DNA of 64,000 bases from an uncultured Actinomycetes bacterium. Lineage in GTDB: Bacteria > Actinomycetota > Thermoleophilia > Gaiellales > JAICJC01. A program made the translations under genes and the position numbers. Below the pieces are notes generated by a model. That model ran no database searches and was not told where the DNA came from. It worked only from the letters and a program-made list of their open reading frames with translations. The stretch is taken from contig CAVPTL010000018.1 in NCBI GenBank assembly GCA_963708725.1, forward strand, positions 50,075-114,074. The letters are read 5' to 3'. Below are positions 7,902 to 16,356 of the stretch, one piece after another (positions within the stretch are counted from its first letter, which is position 1; each line of letters starts with the position of its first letter).

Positions 7902-8327
7902 TCAGGCGGGCTGTTCGATCATGTCTTGGAGCCTCCGCGCGAGTTCAGAAAGCATCGGGACCGCGATCCGCGGATGCTGTTCGAGCAGAGTTGCGAAATC
8001 GGCGCGACCGATCGTGAGACAGCTGACGTCGGTCGTCGCGGTGACTCGGGCGCTGCGCTCCACATGGTCGGTCAGCAAGCTGAGTTCCCCGATGAACTCG
8101 TTGGCTCCGAGTTCAACCGTCCGCTTGCGAAGCTCGACGCCCACCGTCCCGTCCAGGATCACGAACATTCCCGAGCCGGGCTGGCCACGGTCGATCAGCA
8201 CGGATCCCTTCGGAGCGTCGAGCCGGCCGGCGATCGCCGCAACATGGCCGAGTGCCTCGTCGTCGAGCTCGGAAAAGATCGAGAGGCGCCGCAGTTGGTC
8301 GATGGGGTCAGCTGCCATGACGCGCAA
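7902..8327 (-). CDS. Stand-alone cyclic-nucleotide-binding (CNB/cNMP) domain protein
   Basis: 141 aa. IFSELDDEALGHVAAI..GSVLIDRGQPGSGMFVILDGTVGVE...FIGELSLL..ERSARVTA matches the Crp/PKA-type cNMP-binding fold. No HTH or other output domain. TTG at 8327, or ATG at 8318. Confidence 0.8.
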   Translation of the reverse strand: MRVMAADPIDQLRRLSIFSELDDEALGHVAAIAGRLDAPKGSVLIDRGQPGSGMFVILDGTVGVELRKRTVELGANEFIGELSLLTDHVERSARVTATTDVSCLTIGRADFATLLEQHPRIAVPMLSELARRLQDMIEQPA

Positions 8328-8414
8328 TCATAACCAGGGTCCCCAAGCCCGAGCAGGCGGTCGAGCGACTCGAACACGAGGGTCACAGCGCCGGCATGAG
8401 TAGAATCGGCCGGT

Positions 8415-8714
8415 ATGAGCAAGGATAAACATGAGCCACCGCCACTGGATCTCGACACCGTGCCGGAGCAGTACCGCAAAGAGGTGGGCGAACTCGACCA
8501 CGACATCCGCACCCTGCGCTGTCATGTCGACCACATCGAACCGGAGACTGACGGCAACGGATGGCAGGCGCACTGGGCCCCCAACGAGGGCCGCACGACG
8601 ACCTACAACATCGTTACCGGATCGACGCCGGTGGCGGCGTTGCGATCAGCGCTGATCGGCGCTCGGTCATATCGCGACCCTGCGAACAATCCACCTCACT
8701 TCCGCCTGCTCTAA
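8415..8714 (+). CDS. Hypothetical protein (99 aa)
   Basis: ATG ORF divergent from the cNMP gene. GC3-rich codons. No recognisable motif. Confidence 0.45.
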   Translation: MSKDKHEPPPLDLDTVPEQYRKEVGELDHDIRTLRCHVDHIEPETDGNGWQAHWAPNEGRTTTYNIVTGSTPVAALRSALIGARSYRDPANNPPHFRLL

Positions 8715-8760
8715 GACGGAAAGCCGGAGTCGCCATCATCGGGTCAGCGGCTCTCGCCGA

Positions 8761-11034
8761 TCACTCGGTGCGTAGGCCCTCGGGGCCGATGCTGCGGCCG
8801 ACCATCGGCAGCGTCGCGAGCACCACCAACCCGGCGGCCGTGGTCGCGGCGAGTGCGAGCATGCCGATCTCCCCCCAGGGGATCACGATCGGTGTCGGGT
8901 TGGACGCGTAGTAGAAGTGGATAAAGGTCGCGCCTGTGCCGATGCCGATGGCGATGCCGAGAACGAGCGCTGCGGTCATCGGCGCTGCGATCTCGAGCAC
9001 CGTCGCCGTTCGCAGCGTCCCTGCCGAGACACCGGTGGCCGACATGTGAGCCAGCGTACGCCGTCGTTCGAGCACGCCCTCGATCGCGCCGATGGCGAGG
9101 CTCGCGGCGGCGACCCCCATCACGAGCAGGGCGATCGCGGTGAGCAGCACCTCGAGCTTCTGGAGATCCGTGTCTTCGGCCGGGGATGACACAAACGTGT
9201 TGACCACCATGTACCTGGGGCTGTCGCGCATCAGGGCGCCGATCACACGCGCCTGCACGAGTGGCGAGTTACCCGTGTCCACCGCCAGCTGACGGTTGCT
9301 CTGATCGAGGTGGCTCGGCGCGAGCGCGGCGGGCACGACCACCTGCAGACCTTCTCCGCCGCCCGACAGCCGGAAACCGGGCGGCAGGTGCCCGCCGATG
9401 TGGGTCTTCAAGCTGGTTGTGCCGTTTGTGGTCACGAGCCGAATCGTGATGGGCGAGCCAACGGCTCCCGCTCCGGCCGGCGTCAGTACCCCGGCGTCGC
9501 AGGGCAGGCTGTGCCGTGCGAGCCGGGCGAGTTCACCGCAGTCGCCGACGACAGCGGTCGGGGTGCCGAACGAGATCGTGACGGTCGCTGTCGACCGCAC
9601 CCCGGGCTGGGCACGGGTGATCGCGCGGACGCGCCGGTCGAGCGCAGCGCTACCGCTGGTCGGGATGGTGAGATCGTCCGCGGCGGCTGGGCCGGGGCGG
9701 CTGGATGTCGGTGGGGCGGCGCCGCTGACAGCGGACTGAGACGCGCCGACGACGAGCACGGCACATGTGACGGTGAGCGCGACGGCCAGGCCGCTGATGG
9801 CGCGAAATCCGCCGGTCGAGTCGGCCTCCAGACGGCGCCCGGCGATTGTCGCCGCCGGCTGGGGCAGCGCGCGCAGCACGCGCGCTCCATACCGCACGAG
9901 GAATCCGCCGGTGAGCACCACGCCGAGCAGGATCAGCGATCCAAACACCGCGAGGGCGACCGCGCGCTGGGTCAGCTGAAGCGCCGTGGGGTGCGTCAAT
10001 ACCAGGGCCATGCCCGCCCAGCCAACTGCGGGCAGCGCAACTCGCCACACGCGCGGGATGCTGGGCGCGGCGCGACGGCGAGTCGCGAGTGGCCGGGCGA
10101 TGGTGCGAGTGAGCGCGACCCAGGCGATCGCTGCGGCGAACAGCGGCAGCCCGATCAGTACCACCGCCAGCTGCCACGGCGCTGGTGCGGCGTCGGCGGT
10201 GAAGACCACGTACTGCCCGAGACCGACGCCTGTGCGGAGCCGCAGCAGCTCGATCACGGCGACTCCGCCGACGGCTCCGAGCAAGGCGGCCACCGCGGTT
10301 TCGGCGGACGCGAGGAAGGCCAGCTGGCGGGCGCTGGCGCCGAGCAGGCGGAGCGCCGCGGCGCGCTCGTCGCGTCGGCGTTGGCCGATGCGAACGGCGC
10401 TCGCGACGAAGATCGCAATGGGCGTGAGGCCCAGGGCAAGCGCCATTGCGAACGGGATCAGCTGCTCGGGCTGAAGCCCCGGTGTCGCCGTTTGGTCGGA
10501 CAGCGCTTGCCAGCTGGCGACATGCATCGCCCCCGCCGAGGCGGGTGCGAGCTGATCGTGGCGGTAGCCGGCGACCACCACTCGCTCGTGTGGATCGTGC
10601 AGCCCGGCCCGGCTGAGTGTGCCGATCACCCGCCACGGCACCAGCGCCCGCCACTCCGCGCCGTGGCTTGACGATCGCATCAACGCCGCGACCGCGGGCG
10701 AGACGTAGGCGCTGCCCGGCGCCGGCATGGAGGGGGCGCCAAGCGGCGCGGGCTGCGGGCCCGTGCCGGGTGCGGTGCGAAACAGCGTGTAGGCGACATC
10801 GCCGCGCGGTGATGTGACCGGGCTCCACGCCCACAGGATGCCGGGGCCGTGCGGCGGGCCGGCGGTGAGCGACTCGCGGGTCGCCACCCGCTGGTTCATG
10901 GCGTCGCGGGCGTTCATGTACCCGAGCGCGCCCAGCAGGAACACCGTGCCCGTGGCCACGCCGACGGCAACGAGCACCAGTCGCAGGCGCGCCGCCCGGC
11001 TGCTCACCGCGAGCCGCAGCCCCAGCTCGATCAT
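8761..11034 (-). CDS. ABC transporter permease, FtsX/MacB-like, duplicated FtsX domain
   Basis: 757 aa with N- and C-terminal clusters of TM segments separated by large loops. ATG overlaps the stop of the upstream ATPase (ATGA at 11031-11034). Confidence 0.8.
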   Translation of the reverse strand: MIELGLRLAVSSRAARLRLVLVAVGVATGTVFLLGALGYMNARDAMNQRVATRESLTAGPPHGPGILWAWSPVTSPRGDVAYTLFRTAPGTGPQPAPLGAPSMPAPGSAYVSPAVAALMRSSSHGAEWRALVPWRVIGTLSRAGLHDPHERVVVAGYRHDQLAPASAGAMHVASWQALSDQTATPGLQPEQLIPFAMALALGLTPIAIFVASAVRIGQRRRDERAAALRLLGASARQLAFLASAETAVAALLGAVGGVAVIELLRLRTGVGLGQYVVFTADAAPAPWQLAVVLIGLPLFAAAIAWVALTRTIARPLATRRRAAPSIPRVWRVALPAVGWAGMALVLTHPTALQLTQRAVALAVFGSLILLGVVLTGGFLVRYGARVLRALPQPAATIAGRRLEADSTGGFRAISGLAVALTVTCAVLVVGASQSAVSGAAPPTSSRPGPAAADDLTIPTSGSAALDRRVRAITRAQPGVRSTATVTISFGTPTAVVGDCGELARLARHSLPCDAGVLTPAGAGAVGSPITIRLVTTNGTTSLKTHIGGHLPPGFRLSGGGEGLQVVVPAALAPSHLDQSNRQLAVDTGNSPLVQARVIGALMRDSPRYMVVNTFVSSPAEDTDLQKLEVLLTAIALLVMGVAAASLAIGAIEGVLERRRTLAHMSATGVSAGTLRTATVLEIAAPMTAALVLGIAIGIGTGATFIHFYYASNPTPIVIPWGEIGMLALAATTAAGLVVLATLPMVGRSIGPEGLRTE

Positions 11035-11714
11035 GCCGCGACAGCCACGTCGGCGGTGGCGCCATCGCGCACGAAAACCTCTCGATCCGCGTAGGCGGCG
11101 ATCCGCGCCTCGTGGGTCACGACCACGAGCGACACCCCGTGGTCGCGGGCAGTGGCCGTCAGGAGTTCCATCACCAGCTCGCCGGCGAGCGAGTCGAGCG
11201 CGCCGGTCGGCTCGTCGGCGAACACGACCCGCGGGCGGTGGATCAGCGCTCGGGCGACCGCGACGCGCTGGGCCTCGCCGCCGGACAGCTCGCCCGGCAG
11301 GCGGTCGCCGAGTCCGGCGAGCCCGATCCGGTCGAGCCAGGTGTCGGCCTCGACCCGGGCGGCGCGCCGGCCGGTGCCGCTCAGCACCAGCGGCAGGGTC
11401 ACGTTCTCGCGCGCGGACAGCTCGGGCACCAGCTGACCGAACTGGAACACGAAGCCGAACTGCTCGCGCCGCAACCGGGCGCGCTCACCGGCCCGCAGGC
11501 GGTCGATGCGGCGACCGTCGAACACCACCTCGCCGGAGTCGGGCTGAAGCACGCCCGCGAGGCAGTGAAGCAGCGTCGACTTGCCCGAACCGCTCGGGCC
11601 CATGATGGCGACGATCTCGCCGGCCCCCACCCCGACGGACGCCCCGCGCAGCGCCTCGGACGCTCCGAACCGCTTCGTCAGCCGCGCGCCGCTGATCAGT
11701 TCATCACCAGTCAT
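11031..11714 (-). CDS. ABC transporter ATP-binding protein (MacB/LolD-type)
   Basis: Start re-assigned to ATG 11714, in ATGA overlap with the padR stop. Walker A GPSGSGKST, signature LSGGEAQRVAVARAL, Walker B VVFADEPTGALD. Confidence 0.9.
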   Translation of the reverse strand: MTGDELISGARLTKRFGASEALRGASVGVGAGEIVAIMGPSGSGKSTLLHCLAGVLQPDSGEVVFDGRRIDRLRAGERARLRREQFGFVFQFGQLVPELSARENVTLPLVLSGTGRRAARVEADTWLDRIGLAGLGDRLPGELSGGEAQRVAVARALIHRPRVVFADEPTGALDSLAGELVMELLTATARDHGVSLVVVTHEARIAAYADREVFVRDGATADVAVAA

Positions 11715-12232
11715 GTGACAGCTCCCTTCAGCTGCTCGAGCCGGGCCTGGGACAGATCGATCCAGCGCAGGTCGGCTTCGAGGTGGAACAGGGCATGGTC
11801 GGCGAGCAGCCGGTCGACCTGGCTGCCCGCCTGCTTCATTGCGGTCAGCTCGCGCATCCGCTCGAGGTGGCGGGCGCGCTGGGCATCGAGGATCGCCGCC
11901 GCGTCGCGGCCGCTCTGTAGCGCGAGCACCACCTTGATGAAGAGCGTGGGCTGAAGGAACGGCTCGGGCAGCTCCGGCTCGCCGATCCATTGCTCGAGGT
12001 CAGTGACCCCGTGCTCGGTGATCACGAACCGCTTGCGGTCGGGGCCGCGGCCGGGCTCCTCGCCGTCGGGAGCCACCAGACCATCGCGCTCGAGCCGGCC
12101 GAGAGTCGAGTACAGCTGCCCGAACTTGAGGGGGCGGGCGTGGGCGAACACGGCGTCGTACTCACGCTTCAGCTCGTACCCGTGACGCGGTTCGCGCTCC
12201 AGAAGGCCGAGCAGGGAGAACGGCACGCTCAC
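11711..12232 (-). CDS. PadR-family transcriptional regulator
   Basis: 173 aa, GTG start. LLGLLEREPRHGYELKREYD...KFGQLYSTLGRLERDGLV is a PadR winged-helix signature. First gene of the PadR-ABC-FtsX operon. Confidence 0.85.
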   Translation of the reverse strand: MSVPFSLLGLLEREPRHGYELKREYDAVFAHARPLKFGQLYSTLGRLERDGLVAPDGEEPGRGPDRKRFVITEHGVTDLEQWIGEPELPEPFLQPTLFIKVVLALQSGRDAAAILDAQRARHLERMRELTAMKQAGSQVDRLLADHALFHLEADLRWIDLSQARLEQLKGAVT

Positions 12233-12237
12233 GGGAG

Positions 12238-12288
12238 GTACTCACTCGGTGAATAGCTCATACGGCCCACTATACACCGAGTGAGTAC
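12238..12288. promoter_or_regulatory. 14-bp perfect inverted repeat (23-bp spacer) next to the padR start; candidate operator or leader hairpin
   Basis: GTACTCACTCGGTG (12238-12251) ... CACCGAGTGAGTAC (12275-12288). Begins 6 nt from the padR GTG (12232), in the padR/VOC divergent intergenic region. Confidence 0.4.
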
Positions 12289-12351
12289 GGCGCGCCAACT
12301 GCGAAACCGCGAACCGCCCTACGCCGATATCGATACAGTCCAACACCGAAC

Positions 12352-12732
12352 ATGCAGGTACGGTTCGCGAGACACACCCGGCGATTTTCGGAGATCATCC
12401 AGTTCTACGGCCACGGGCTCGGTCTACCCCAGATCGGCGGTTTCGACGGCCACGACGGCTACGACGGCGTCTTCTTCGAGTTACCCGGGACGAACGCTCA
12501 TCTGGAGTTCACCAGAGGCGGACGCCACGACGACGAAGAAGCGCCGCCGCCTCCAGAGACGCTGCTCGTCCTCTATCTCGGCACCATGGAGGCCGTCGAT
12601 GAGGTTGTCGCACGCACCGCAGCAGAGCTCGTCCAGCCTGCGAATCCCTACTGGAGAGCCCACGCAGTGACGCTCGCCGACCCGGATGGCTACCAGGTCG
12701 TTCTCGTCCCCGAGCGATGGCCAGGCGCCTAG
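12352..12732 (+). CDS. VOC (glyoxalase/bleomycin-resistance/dioxygenase) family protein
   Basis: 126 aa. FYGHGLGLP..G......GVFFELPGTNAHLEF...ADPDGYQVVL is a typical VOC beta-alpha-beta-beta-beta pattern. Confidence 0.7.
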   Translation: MQVRFARHTRRFSEIIQFYGHGLGLPQIGGFDGHDGYDGVFFELPGTNAHLEFTRGGRHDDEEAPPPPETLLVLYLGTMEAVDEVVARTAAELVQPANPYWRAHAVTLADPDGYQVVLVPERWPGA

Positions 12733-12743
12733 CCTCGTTGCGA

Positions 12744-12816
<73 letters not shown>

Positions 12817-12844
12817 CGGCGCGGCGCAGTGTACCAACGGACGG

Positions 12845-13525
12845 TCACGCCCCGAGCGCAGTGATCACCGCACGAGGGTATTTTCCCTGGAATTCAGCTT
12901 GATCGCGGGCCACCTGTTGGCGGATCCACGCTGCCAGCTCGGGAACCGTCGTGTTCACGGTCTGGGACAGCGCGTGGCGGATCCGAGACTCGGGCACGAG
13001 CACCGGCGGCAGCCCCGCATCACGCAGCCGTACGAGCAGATCCGAGTCCTGGAACCAGACCGTGAATCGAGGATCGAAGAACTCACCGGGCTCGACCGCG
13101 AACCGCTCGACGGTCGCCCACGAAAGCGCGAAGCACCATGCGGCGAAATCGGTGCGCATCCCACCGTCGATCGTCATCGGAAACGTCACTGACGCGCCCG
13201 CGTCAAGCTCGGCTCGAAGCGGTGGCCACCACCCGGGAAGCGGCTCGACGTCGTCGTTCATGATCACGAGGTAGCGGCCGCGAGCCGCTCGGATGCCGGC
13301 GTTGACCGGTGCGGTGTAGCCCTGCGGCGATGAGCCGTTGTCCAGTACGAGCACCTCGTGGGTCTGGGGCGTTGTCTGCGCGATTGCTCTGAGGCAGCCG
13401 CGCACACGATCGCCCGCCGCGGCGAGCGTCGGCAAAACAATCGTCAGCTCTGGTCCCTGGCGAGCATCGTGCCGCGGTGCCCTCGGCGTTACAGCCGATG
13501 GTGTGACGACGCTCGTGACACTCAT
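12845..13525 (-). CDS. Glycosyltransferase family 2
   Basis: ATG at 13525 (MSVTSVV...); the track ORF extends to a TTG at 13570. LTIVLPTL..., VLVLDNGSS, PVNAGIRAARGRYLVIMNDDVEP (DxD-like NDD) is a GT-A fold signature. Confidence 0.7.
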   Translation of the reverse strand: MSVTSVVTPSAVTPRAPRHDARQGPELTIVLPTLAAAGDRVRGCLRAIAQTTPQTHEVLVLDNGSSPQGYTAPVNAGIRAARGRYLVIMNDDVEPLPGWWPPLRAELDAGASVTFPMTIDGGMRTDFAAWCFALSWATVERFAVEPGEFFDPRFTVWFQDSDLLVRLRDAGLPPVLVPESRIRHALSQTVNTTVPELAAWIRQQVARDQAEFQGKYPRAVITALGA

Positions 13526-14018
13526 CGGCCACTCGACCCACCGATGCCACCTCTGAGCACAGCGCGGCAAGCACGTGCGAGTCGGAGACCGGTGGGCAAC
13601 GACCGACCGCGTCGAAGCACCTTCGGCTGATCGCCCACGCGACGCTCTCGACCGGGTGGCCTTTGGGCATTCCCGTCGACACGCTCGCGGCGAGCACGAC
13701 GCCGGTGTCCAACGTCTCGATCAGACGAGACAGCCACGCAGGTGACACCTCAGGGGTATCGCGCACGACCGCCAGGACTTCACCAGTGGCGATTGAGGCG
13801 CCGGTATTCACCGCAGCGGCCAGGCCCAGCCGTCCACCGGTGGAGACAACGCGCACGTCTCCCCCAAGCCGCTCGACCAAGCCCTCGAGACCCACCGCGC
13901 CGTCGTCCACGATCACGATTTCGTGGCTCGGCGCGTCGGCCAGCTGCGCCAACGAGACGAAACACCGCCAAGCCTGCTCGAGATCGCCGCAGACCGGCAC
14001 GATCACGGATGCCCGCAC
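13203..14018 (-). CDS. GT2-like glycosyltransferase (GT-A N-terminal half, then an Arg-rich tail overlapping the next gene out of frame)
   Basis: GTG at 14018. ASVIVPVCGD..., EIVIVDDGAVG, AAAVNTGASIATGEVLAVV. After ~residue 160 the translation turns Arg/Pro-rich while running over 12845..13525 in another frame. The real 3' end is uncertain. Confidence 0.55.
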   Translation of the reverse strand: MRASVIVPVCGDLEQAWRCFVSLAQLADAPSHEIVIVDDGAVGLEGLVERLGGDVRVVSTGGRLGLAAAVNTGASIATGEVLAVVRDTPEVSPAWLSRLIETLDTGVVLAASVSTGMPKGHPVESVAWAISRRCFDAVGRCPPVSDSHVLAALCSEVASVGRVADECHERRHTIGCNAEGTAARCSPGTRADDCFADARRGGRSCARLPQSNRADNAPDPRGARTGQRLIAAGLHRTGQRRHPSGSRPLPRDHERRRRAASRVVATASSRA

Positions 14019-14020
14019 CG

Positions 14021-14434
14021 TCAGCTCCCCTTCAGCGGCAATGGCCGGGCGGGATTTCCCACCCAGACTTCGCCGGCTGGTACGTCGCCCACCACGACCG
14101 CTCCCGCGCCCAGGCGGGCACCATCGCCGACCGTGACATACGGCCGGATCATCACTCCCACGCCCATTCTGACGCGATCACCGATCGTACAGTGCCCGGC
14201 GATTGCCGACATCGGCGCGATCTCACAGTCCTCGCCGATCACCACGTCATGCCCGACATGCACCGACTTCATCAGCCAGCTGCGGCTACCCACCTGCGTC
14301 GGTCGACTGACTCCCGCATCGACGCTGGTGAATGCCTCGATACGCGCGTCTGGCGCGATCACCGGGGTGATGCCGGCGCCGTTGAAGCCACGCATCTGCG
14401 GCGGCGCGCCAATCAAGGCCAGTGGAGAGATCAC
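14021..14434 (-). CDS. Left-handed beta-helix (hexapeptide-repeat) acyl/acetyltransferase
   Basis: Hexapeptide repeats (VHVGHDVVIGEDCEIAPMSAIAGHCTIGDRVRMGVGVMIRPYVTVGDGARLGAGAVVVGDV). Preferred start is GTG 14434, in GTGA overlap with the upstream stop. The track start at 14485 would overlap that gene by 55 nt. Confidence 0.75.
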   Translation of the reverse strand: MISPLALIGAPPQMRGFNGAGITPVIAPDARIEAFTSVDAGVSRPTQVGSRSWLMKSVHVGHDVVIGEDCEIAPMSAIAGHCTIGDRVRMGVGVMIRPYVTVGDGARLGAGAVVVGDVPAGEVWVGNPARPLPLKGS

Positions 14435-15441
14435 GACGGCCCCTGGTCGAGGGCCTGAATCCGAGCCGCAACGTCGGCATCCCACGGGTCATGCGCCAGG
14501 GCGGCCACCAGGTCACACGCTGCCAGCGCTGGACGCCCAAGAGCCAGATGTGTTTCGCATGCCGCAATCCGGGCCTGGGCCGCCGCCCGGTGCTCACGGT
14601 TGACGGGAAGCAGCGACTCCATCGATAGGGCCAGCTCCGACGAGACCTGCGAGGCGAGGTGCACCATTACGCTGTAGGCCGCGAGCAGCTCACCGGGCGT
14701 CACCGCATCGGGCGCAAGTGAGGTGATCATGTATCGCCGAAACGGCAGCTCAGCCGCCACGATCCGCTGGAGCTTCGGTCCGCTTGACCCCAGGTTCATG
14801 TTGGTGGCGTGTCGCCGGTAGCGGTAGAGCGGCTCGTGAATCAGGCCGATGCCGCTCACCTGGGCGACGTGGAATGCGATCCACCAGTCCTCCCACGCCC
14901 CGGTGTGCTCATCGATCGGCGCGAACCGATTGGCCAACGACGCCCGCACCATCATCGGGCCGCCCGAGACGACGTTTCGCTGCAGCAGGGTCGGCAGCAG
15001 CGGCCCATCGATCGCGGGCACGCCAAACGCCTGGAGAAACGAGGGATGAATGACTGCACCGGAGTCGTCGACCACCTCCATGTCGCTATGCACCAAACCG
15101 ATGTGGGGATGGTCGGAGAGGTACTCCACCTGACGCGCAGTCTTGGTCGAAACCCAGGTGTCATCGGCCGACAGGAAGGAGATCAGCTCCCCCGAAACCT
15201 CGCCAAGCCCACGATTGATCGTCGAGAGCAACCCGCCGTTGGGCTTTTGAATGAAGCGAATCCGCTCGCCGTAGCGACCTGCCACCTCGGCGGTCGCGTC
15301 GGTCGATCCATCGTCGATGACAACGATCTCGATCAGCTCTGACGGGTAGGACTGCGCCAGTACGCTCTCGATTGCCGCTCCCAGATAGCGGCCGTAGTTA
15401 TAGGTCGAGATGATGCAGCTCACCGTGGGACGGTGGGTCAC
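14431..15441 (-). CDS. Glycosyltransferase family 2
   Basis: VSCIISTYNYGRYLGAAIESVLAQSYPSELIEIVVIDDGSTD...ISFLSADD. Start set at GTG 15441 (GTGA overlap with the upstream stop at 15438). Helical C-terminal extension. Confidence 0.8.
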   Translation of the reverse strand: MTHRPTVSCIISTYNYGRYLGAAIESVLAQSYPSELIEIVVIDDGSTDATAEVAGRYGERIRFIQKPNGGLLSTINRGLGEVSGELISFLSADDTWVSTKTARQVEYLSDHPHIGLVHSDMEVVDDSGAVIHPSFLQAFGVPAIDGPLLPTLLQRNVVSGGPMMVRASLANRFAPIDEHTGAWEDWWIAFHVAQVSGIGLIHEPLYRYRRHATNMNLGSSGPKLQRIVAAELPFRRYMITSLAPDAVTPGELLAAYSVMVHLASQVSSELALSMESLLPVNREHRAAAQARIAACETHLALGRPALAACDLVAALAHDPWDADVAARIQALDQGPS

Positions 15442-16247
15442 GCGGCTCGCGTCCCCGCCTGGTGTCGCGCAGAGGCGTCGTGCGGGCCACACACACGCTC
15501 CAACACGCCTGCGATCGGGACGACCTGCTCGCAGGCGGCGTGGCGGGGCTCGGCGATGCGGTCGCCGCGACGCGGTAAGCCCAGCTCGACGGGCCGATGG
15601 GGGTAGAGAGCTTCGGCCACCTCGGGGATGAAACGCTCACCACCGGGGTGGATCGTGTAGCGCCCATGGGCCGAGACCGCCGCCCAGAACATGAGCGCCG
15701 TTGCTTCGGCGAGTGAGATGAAAAACCGGGTACAGGCGGTCACCGGCACCGGCGCCGATTCCGGGAGCGCCGCCCACAGTTCGAACACGTTGCCGGCGGT
15801 CTCGGCCACGTTGTAGAAGCGGGCCACGTTCCCTCCGGCCGCCAACGTGAGCCGCTCGGCGAGCAGTTTGCTCGCACCATAGGCGGTCTCGGGATCGCAG
15901 GCCTTGCACGTGCTCGCGGTGACCACCCGAGCGCCAAACGCGCGCGCTGAGGCGATCATGTTGGCAGTGCCGACCGCGTTGACCGCAAGCACCGACAGGG
16001 GATCGACCTCACCCTCCGGCGCGTGCTTGGCCCCGGCCAGGTGCATGATGATGGTCGGGCGAAACGTGCCCAGTACCCGATGCACCACGCTCCACGACTG
16101 CACGTCAAGTTCTTCGATATCAGTCGCCAGAAACGTCGTGCCGGCGGCGGCCATGATCCTTGTAACCTCAGCCCCGATGCTGCCGGCTGCCCCGGTCACG
16201 AGCACCCGCTCGCGCCCAAGTTGTTCGAGTGGAACGGTGATGTCCAT
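15438..16247 (-). CDS. CapD/PseB-like extended SDR (NAD-dependent sugar-nucleotide 4,6-dehydratase/epimerase family)
   Basis: VLVTGAAGSIG Rossmann motif; MHLAGAKHAPEGEVDP; YGASK (YxxxK). ATG at 16247 gives 14 aa before the Rossmann motif. GTG 16316 is an alternative, and the track ORF reaches 16460. Confidence 0.75.
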   Translation of the reverse strand: MDITVPLEQLGRERVLVTGAAGSIGAEVTRIMAAAGTTFLATDIEELDVQSWSVVHRVLGTFRPTIIMHLAGAKHAPEGEVDPLSVLAVNAVGTANMIASARAFGARVVTASTCKACDPETAYGASKLLAERLTLAAGGNVARFYNVAETAGNVFELWAALPESAPVPVTACTRFFISLAEATALMFWAAVSAHGRYTIHPGGERFIPEVAEALYPHRPVELGLPRRGDRIAEPRHAACEQVVPIAGVLERVCGPHDASARHQAGTRAA

Positions 16248-16356
16248 CGGCCGTGGCGCGCGGCCCAAAGCGAGTTCGAGCTCGGCGGCAGTCCACGGTT
16301 TCGGCGCGATCTTCACAGCCCGCAGATAGTCGGCCTCGACGCGCTGATATTGAGCG

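Noticed and set aside
9310-11065. Long alternative-frame and antisense ORFs (9310..10671 +, 453 aa; 9650..11065 -, 471 aa) across the FtsX permease gene
   Set aside because: Their translations are Arg/Pro/Gly/Ala-rich low-complexity sequence, typical of off-frame reading in GC-rich DNA. The 8761..11034 frame gives coherent TM segments and an ATGA overlap with the upstream ATPase.
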